From contig JABDLO010000298.1 of the NCBI GenBank assembly GCA_013002995.1, positions 1 through 16,934 on the forward strand: a DNA stretch of 16,934 bases. Reading direction: 5' to 3'. Below are positions 16,171 to 16,934 of the stretch, piece after piece. A program made the translations under genes and the position numbers. The DNA is from Saprospiraceae bacterium (GTDB lineage Bacteria; Bacteroidota; Bacteroidia; Chitinophagales; Saprospiraceae). The notes under the pieces were generated by a model. That model saw nothing but the letters and a program-made list of their open reading frames with translations, searched no databases and was not told the DNA's origin. How positions within the stretch are numbered: the first letter of the stretch is position 1; each line of letters starts with the position of its first letter.

Positions 16171-16934
<764 letters not shown>

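Overview
This AT-rich window (about 37% GC) looks like Bacteroidota chromosome: a T9SS-type C-terminal sorting domain, SPII lipoproteins and no Shine-Dalgarno usage. Left to right it holds the 3' end of a secreted T9SS-cargo protein, a secreted hypothetical (minus), a DEAD-box RNA helicase with a DEYD motif II and a Lys-rich N-terminal region, a small lipoprotein with a C-terminal CxxCH (cytochrome c'-like), and a 1079-aa tricorn/S41-like protease carrying a K/D/E tandem-repeat insert. Next come a cytoplasmic SPFH/band-7 protein whose N-terminal beta-module is triplicated (minus), and then an unusual tRNA-rich stretch on the minus strand: scrambled tRNA-derived modules, an odd class-I tRNA-like gene with anticodon GGA, a TPR protein, and a canonical tRNA-Gln(UUG). 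After an aldo/keto reductase (minus) there is a tightly coupled 4-gene minus-strand operon: flavin-reductase-like, M20 amidohydrolase, DUF1611-like P-loop protein, opine dehydrogenase. The window ends inside the C-terminal part of catalase-peroxidase KatG (minus). Two copies of a roughly 95-bp intergenic repeat with internal CACAGAGT/ACTCTGTG inverted repeats are present. An intergenic hairpin array duplicates the 3' end of the opine dehydrogenase gene. The most interesting candidates are the ODH/DUF1611/M20/flavin-reductase operon (a putative undescribed opine or N-acyl-amino-acid pathway) and the permuted-looking tRNA module array.
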